DNA of 8,384 bases from an archaeon (GTDB lineage: Archaea; Nanobdellota; Nanobdellia; Pacearchaeales; GW2011-AR1), in assembly GCA_027348755.1 (NCBI GenBank), contig DAIEOU010000010.1:1-8384 (forward strand). Reading direction: 5' to 3'. Below are positions 5,899 through 8,384 of the stretch, one piece after another. The translations under genes and the position numbers were made by a program. Numbering within the stretch: position 1 is the stretch's first letter; every line of letters starts with the position of its first letter. The notes beneath the pieces are model-generated. The model was given only the letters and a program-made list of their open reading frames with translations, was not told where the DNA came from and ran no database searches.

Positions 5899-6498
5899 AT
5901 GTTTTACCTACTTGAAGTTGAAGATCACGTACGCGTTGAGCCTAAGCATTTCGGCTTGCCTACTCACGAAGCTATAGAAAAGCAACTCAATGAGACTTAT
6001 GTCAATAGTATAAGTAAAGATTTAGGATTTGTTGTTTCTGTTCTTTCAGTTGATAGCGTAGATGATGGAGTAATAATACCAGGAGACGGAGCAGCGTATT
6101 ACAGATCTGTTTTCAAGGTTCTTGCATGGAAGCCTGAACTGCATGAGCTTGTTTATGGAACTATAGCAGACATAGCAACTTTCGGAGCTTTTATGCAGAT
6201 TGGTCCTGCTCAAGGAATGATACATATATCTCAGACAATGGAAGATTATGTATCTTTGAACAAGCAAGGTACGTTGTCAGGAAAGGCATCAAAGAGAGTT
6301 ATAGCCAAGGGAGATGATTGCATGGCGCGTATAGTTGCTATAAGTTACAAGGGCGGAGAGCCAAAGATTGGTTTGACTATGAGACAGCCAGGCCTTGGAA
6401 AAGTTGAATGGATGAAGGAAGATAAGAAGAAGAGAGATGCAGCTGCAAAAGGAGCTGCAAAGAAAGAAAAAGGAGAAAAGAAGGATAAATCAAAGTAA
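5899..6498 (+). CDS. rpoE: DNA-directed RNA polymerase subunit E' (Rpo7), with a C-terminal S1 domain and a Lys-rich tail
   Basis: MFYLLEVEDHVRVEPKHFG...VVSVLSVDSVDDGVIIPGDGAAYY...FKVLAWKPELHELVYGTIADIATFGAFMQIGPAQGMIHISQ...CMARIVAIS is the classic Rpo7/RpoE' N-terminal domain plus S1 fold. The position immediately upstream of spt4-rps24e-rps27ae agrees. Confidence 0.92.
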   Translation: MFYLLEVEDHVRVEPKHFGLPTHEAIEKQLNETYVNSISKDLGFVVSVLSVDSVDDGVIIPGDGAAYYRSVFKVLAWKPELHELVYGTIADIATFGAFMQIGPAQGMIHISQTMEDYVSLNKQGTLSGKASKRVIAKGDDCMARIVAISYKGGEPKIGLTMRQPGLGKVEWMKEDKKKRDAAAKGAAKKEKGEKKDKSK

Positions 6499-6499
6499 A

Positions 6500-6682
6500 A
6501 TGGCACTAAAAGTTGTAAAAGCTACAAAAGAAATAATTGAATCATCTGAGGCTTCAAAGTATAGCTCTGATGAGATTGCTGACAGTTTCAAAGGAAAGAT
6601 TGTTGTATTACAGCCTGAGGAGTCAGAGGTTGCAAAGAATCTAAAGATAACTAAAAAGGGGTCATTTGCTATAAAAATATGA
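6500..6682 (+). CDS. spt4: Transcription elongation factor Spt4 (RpoE'')-like protein with no zinc-ribbon cysteines
   Basis: 60 aa from ATG 6500, 1 nt after the rpoE' stop. The C-terminal half, [33 protein letters not shown], matches the archaeal Spt4 signature W.G.vii.dPe.SeiAk.l.i...G.YAi.v. The position between rpoE' and rps24e is the canonical spt4 slot. The protein contains no Cys. Confidence 0.72.
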   Translation: MALKVVKATKEIIESSEASKYSSDEIADSFKGKIVVLQPEESEVAKNLKITKKGSFAIKI

Positions 6683-6957
6683 TGGACATAATTTCAGACT
6701 CAAAGAACGATCTTTTAAAGAGAAGAGAACTTGTCCTCGAGCTTTCTGCTCCTAAGACTCCTAGTTTTGAGGAAGCTGCGAAGATGGTTGCAGAGCAGTT
6801 TAAGGCAGATGCAGAATGCGTAGTAGTAAAGTCAATAGTAGGAGGGTTTGGAAAATCCTCATTCAAACTTTCTGTTTTCATATATTCTGGAGTTTCAGAA
6901 AAACAGAAATATGAGCCAAAGCCAAAGGTTAAAAAGGATGCTGGAGGAGCTAAATAA
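6679..6957 (+). CDS. rps24e: 30S ribosomal protein S24e (eS24)
   Basis: ...[63 protein letters not shown]...KYEPK matches the archaeal S24e pattern. ATG 6679 overlaps the spt4 stop (ATGA). A second ATG at 6682 is equally possible. Confidence 0.9.
   Translation: MMDIISDSKNDLLKRRELVLELSAPKTPSFEEAAKMVAEQFKADAECVVVKSIVGGFGKSSFKLSVFIYSGVSEKQKYEPKPKVKKDAGGAK
6943..6948 (+). promoter_or_regulatory. Shine-Dalgarno-like GGAGGA upstream of rps27ae, an internal operon gene
   Basis: GGAGGA ends 8 nt before ATG 6957. It lies within the 3' end of rps24e. Confidence 0.4.
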
Positions 6958-7154
6958 TGGCAGAAGATAAAAAGGGAAAGAAGCCTCATAAGAACAAGCC
7001 TACTAGCAAGAAGTATGCTCACTATAAGATTTCTGGAGATAAACTGTCTAAGGACAGAAACTGTCCAAGATGTGGAGCTGGCGTTTTCCTAGCACAGCAT
7101 GCAGGAAGATTGCACTGCGGAAAGTGTGGATATACTGAATTTTCTAAGAAGTAA
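6957..7154 (+). CDS. rps27ae: 30S ribosomal protein S27ae (eS31), zinc-ribbon type
   Basis: 65 aa. It has a Lys-rich N-terminus followed by [27 protein letters not shown] (CxxC-x14-CxxC ribbon) typical of archaeal S27ae. The start overlaps the rps24e stop (TAATG). Confidence 0.93.
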   Translation: MAEDKKGKKPHKNKPTSKKYAHYKISGDKLSKDRNCPRCGAGVFLAQHAGRLHCGKCGYTEFSKK

Positions 7155-7170
7155 TTTTTAATATATTTTT
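7155..7170 (+). terminator. Oligo-T tract, candidate archaeal intrinsic terminator for the rpoE' operon
   Basis: TTTTTAATATATTTTT (two T5 runs) lies directly after the rps27ae stop, in the 15-nt gap to the convergent gene. Confidence 0.35.
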
Positions 7171-7751
7171 TAATATCCTGTAAACGTTACATCCATGTTT
7201 AACATTCTTTTATAGAAATCGTAATCTGGCTGTTTTGCAGATGTTGAGAAGAGAAGCCTGTCAAAACCGCTCCATATAAGGAACCAGCTTGCTGGTTCGA
7301 GAAGTATTAATGCAGCATTTCTAAGGAAAGATGTGTCGCTGCTACCAGTAGATATGAATGTAGCTCCAACGCCGACTATAGCTCCAACTAAAATCATCAA
7401 TCCAGAGTTCTTCTTTATGTTCCTCATTTCTTTATTAGTCTGTTCAATCATATGCCTTGCATAATCCTTTATCCTCTTCTTTATTAGGACTTCATCAGGA
7501 TAGTTTCTGTGATGGGCAGGAACAAGAAACTTAAGCTCAACCTTTCCAGGAGCTTTTTCTTTCATTGCTTTCTTTGCTTCTTGTATAAAGTCATCAGATA
7601 TTTCTCTTATTGTATAGGCACGAGGGTCGAAGTCTGAGAATATATCATCATAGGTATCAAGAATTATGCTTATTTCAGATTCTGCTAGAATCTCTTTCTT
7701 TGTTTCATGTTCTATACTTTTGGCTATAGGAGCCTCTTTTTCTCCAGGCAT
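7170..7751 (-). CDS. Conserved hypothetical membrane-anchored protein with an N-terminal cytosolic domain and a C-terminal 2-TM hairpin
   Basis: 193-aa ORF. The soluble N-terminal part carries the motif LDTYDDIFSDFDPRAYTIREISDDF. Two hydrophobic helices follow: GLMILVGAIVGVGATFIST and AALILLEPASWFLIWSGF. I believe similar proteins exist widely as uncharacterised ORFs, but I cannot name the family. Confidence 0.72.
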   Translation of the reverse strand: MPGEKEAPIAKSIEHETKKEILAESEISIILDTYDDIFSDFDPRAYTIREISDDFIQEAKKAMKEKAPGKVELKFLVPAHHRNYPDEVLIKKRIKDYARHMIEQTNKEMRNIKKNSGLMILVGAIVGVGATFISTGSSDTSFLRNAALILLEPASWFLIWSGFDRLLFSTSAKQPDYDFYKRMLNMDVTFTGY

Positions 7752-7772
7752 TCAATATTCAGCACAGTTCTG

Positions 7773-7779
7773 TTTTTAA
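7773..7779 (-). promoter_or_regulatory. TATA-like box (TTAAAAA on the minus strand) for the 193-aa gene
   Basis: Centred 25 nt upstream of the minus-strand ATG at 7751. Confidence 0.45.
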
Positions 7780-7791
7780 GTCTTGGGTAGA

Positions 7792-7799
7792 TTTATATA
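7792..7799 (+). promoter_or_regulatory. Near-consensus TATA box (TTTATATA) for the PHP-domain gene
   Basis: Centred about 25 nt upstream of ATG 7821. It sits back to back with the 7773-7779 box in a 69-bp divergent region. Confidence 0.5.
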
Positions 7800-7820
7800 C
7801 TCGTCTTAAGAGGGTATTTT

Positions 7821-8384
7821 ATGGTCAATAATCTTCAAGAGGAAGATTTGTGTTCTAACCCTGACTTTATGAGTTGCATGCTTAGAGTAAGACATTCTTA
7901 TGATGTGCGTCATAAAAGAATGATACGAGAAGCAGATATAGGGGGTCCTGGAGCAGCATTGAGCTTCTATGATGCAGACACGTCAAGAGAGCAGTTTCAT
8001 CTTTTCAAGAGAATGGCTGATATGGCTAAAGATGCAGGTTATAAATCATTCTCGGATAGATATTCAAGAGATGCCGAAAAAATACTTGAAGAAAGAAAAA
8101 ATTCTGGGAGATTTAGCGAAGCAGGATACGTGAACATGGATTTACACAATCATCTTGCAACTTCAGACGACATGTCCGGGTTGCTTGAGAGGTTGCTTCA
8201 TAGAGTAGTTAAAACTAGATTTACTCCATCTATAATAGGTGTTGTTGACTTCAACAATTTTGGAGAGAAGTCGAGGTTTGCTCAGCTTGTGAGGCAGGCT
8301 GATGGTAATGCATATAATTTTGGCAATTCTCTTTATTTCCCTCTTGAAGATGTAATGCTAGTTAAAGGCCAGGAAGTTCCAACA
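7821..8384 (+). CDS. PHP-family metal-dependent phosphoesterase with an N-terminal extension of about 100 aa, 3'-truncated by the window edge
   Basis: My own translation from ATG 7821 is open for all 188 codons to the window end: MVNNLQEEDLCSNPDFMSCMLRVRHSYDV...GYVNMDLHNHLATSDDMSGLLERL...IIGVVDFNNFG...VMLVKGQEVPT. It contains the PHP motif-I-like DLHxH..SD and a later GxEV segment. It is absent from the ORF track only because no stop is reached. Confidence 0.68.
   Translation, partial: MVNNLQEEDLCSNPDFMSCMLRVRHSYDVRHKRMIREADIGGPGAALSFYDADTSREQFHLFKRMADMAKDAGYKSFSDRYSRDAEKILEERKNSGRFSEAGYVNMDLHNHLATSDDMSGLLERLLHRVVKTRFTPSIIGVVDFNNFGEKSRFAQLVRQADGNAYNFGNSLYFPLEDVMLVKGQEVPT

Noticed and set aside
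4983-7022. ORFs 4983-5222(+), 6046-6267(-) and 6669-7022(-)
   Set aside because: They are antisense shadow ORFs of the 7-TM gene, rpoE' and rps24e/rps27ae respectively. They have no independent signals.
1-8384. CRISPR arrays, rRNA, IS elements, integrases or long terminal or tandem repeats
   Set aside because: Reading both strands revealed no regularly spaced direct repeats, no transposase- or integrase-like ORFs, and no long inverted repeats. The only repeat-like features are the short elements at 5305-5391 and trivial AT-rich palindromes such as AATAATTATT at 4222-4231.

Overview
AT-rich archaeal window. The evidence is archaeal/eukaryal-type aIF2-gamma, Rpo7/RpoE', Spt4, eS24 and eS31, plus TATA-like boxes centred about 25 nt upstream of the first ATG of each transcription unit, which implies leaderless mRNAs. 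Tight packing and Lys-rich protein tails resemble small DPANN-type genomes, but the taxon cannot be proven from this sequence. The left edge holds the 3' part of aIF2-gamma. At 5899-7154 lies a translationally coupled rpoE'-spt4-rps24e-rps27ae operon. As I recall, these two pieces are close neighbours in many archaea. Here about 5 kb of non-housekeeping genes separates them: (i) a 991-aa UvrD-type SF1A helicase fused to a C-terminal Cas4/AddB-type 4-Cys PD-(D/E)XK nuclease; (ii) a convergent minus-strand array of a 7-TM membrane protein, a COG3432/HTH_45-like winged-helix regulator (20-nt overlap) and a 90-aa orphan; (iii) a 252-bp intergenic region with a perfect GC-rich hairpin and short direct repeats; (iv) a 135-aa protein that looks like the nucleoside 2-deoxyribosyltransferase-like (DUF4406-type) proteins common in phages and mobile elements. 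The right edge holds a divergent pair: a membrane-anchored conserved hypothetical protein and a 3'-truncated PHP-type phosphoesterase that is missing from the ORF track because it has no stop in the window. I saw no rRNA, tRNA, CRISPR array, integrase or transposase. The best candidate for something new is the helicase-nuclease together with the membrane/wHTH/orphan module and the NDT-like gene. All family names come from motif recognition by eye, with no database search.
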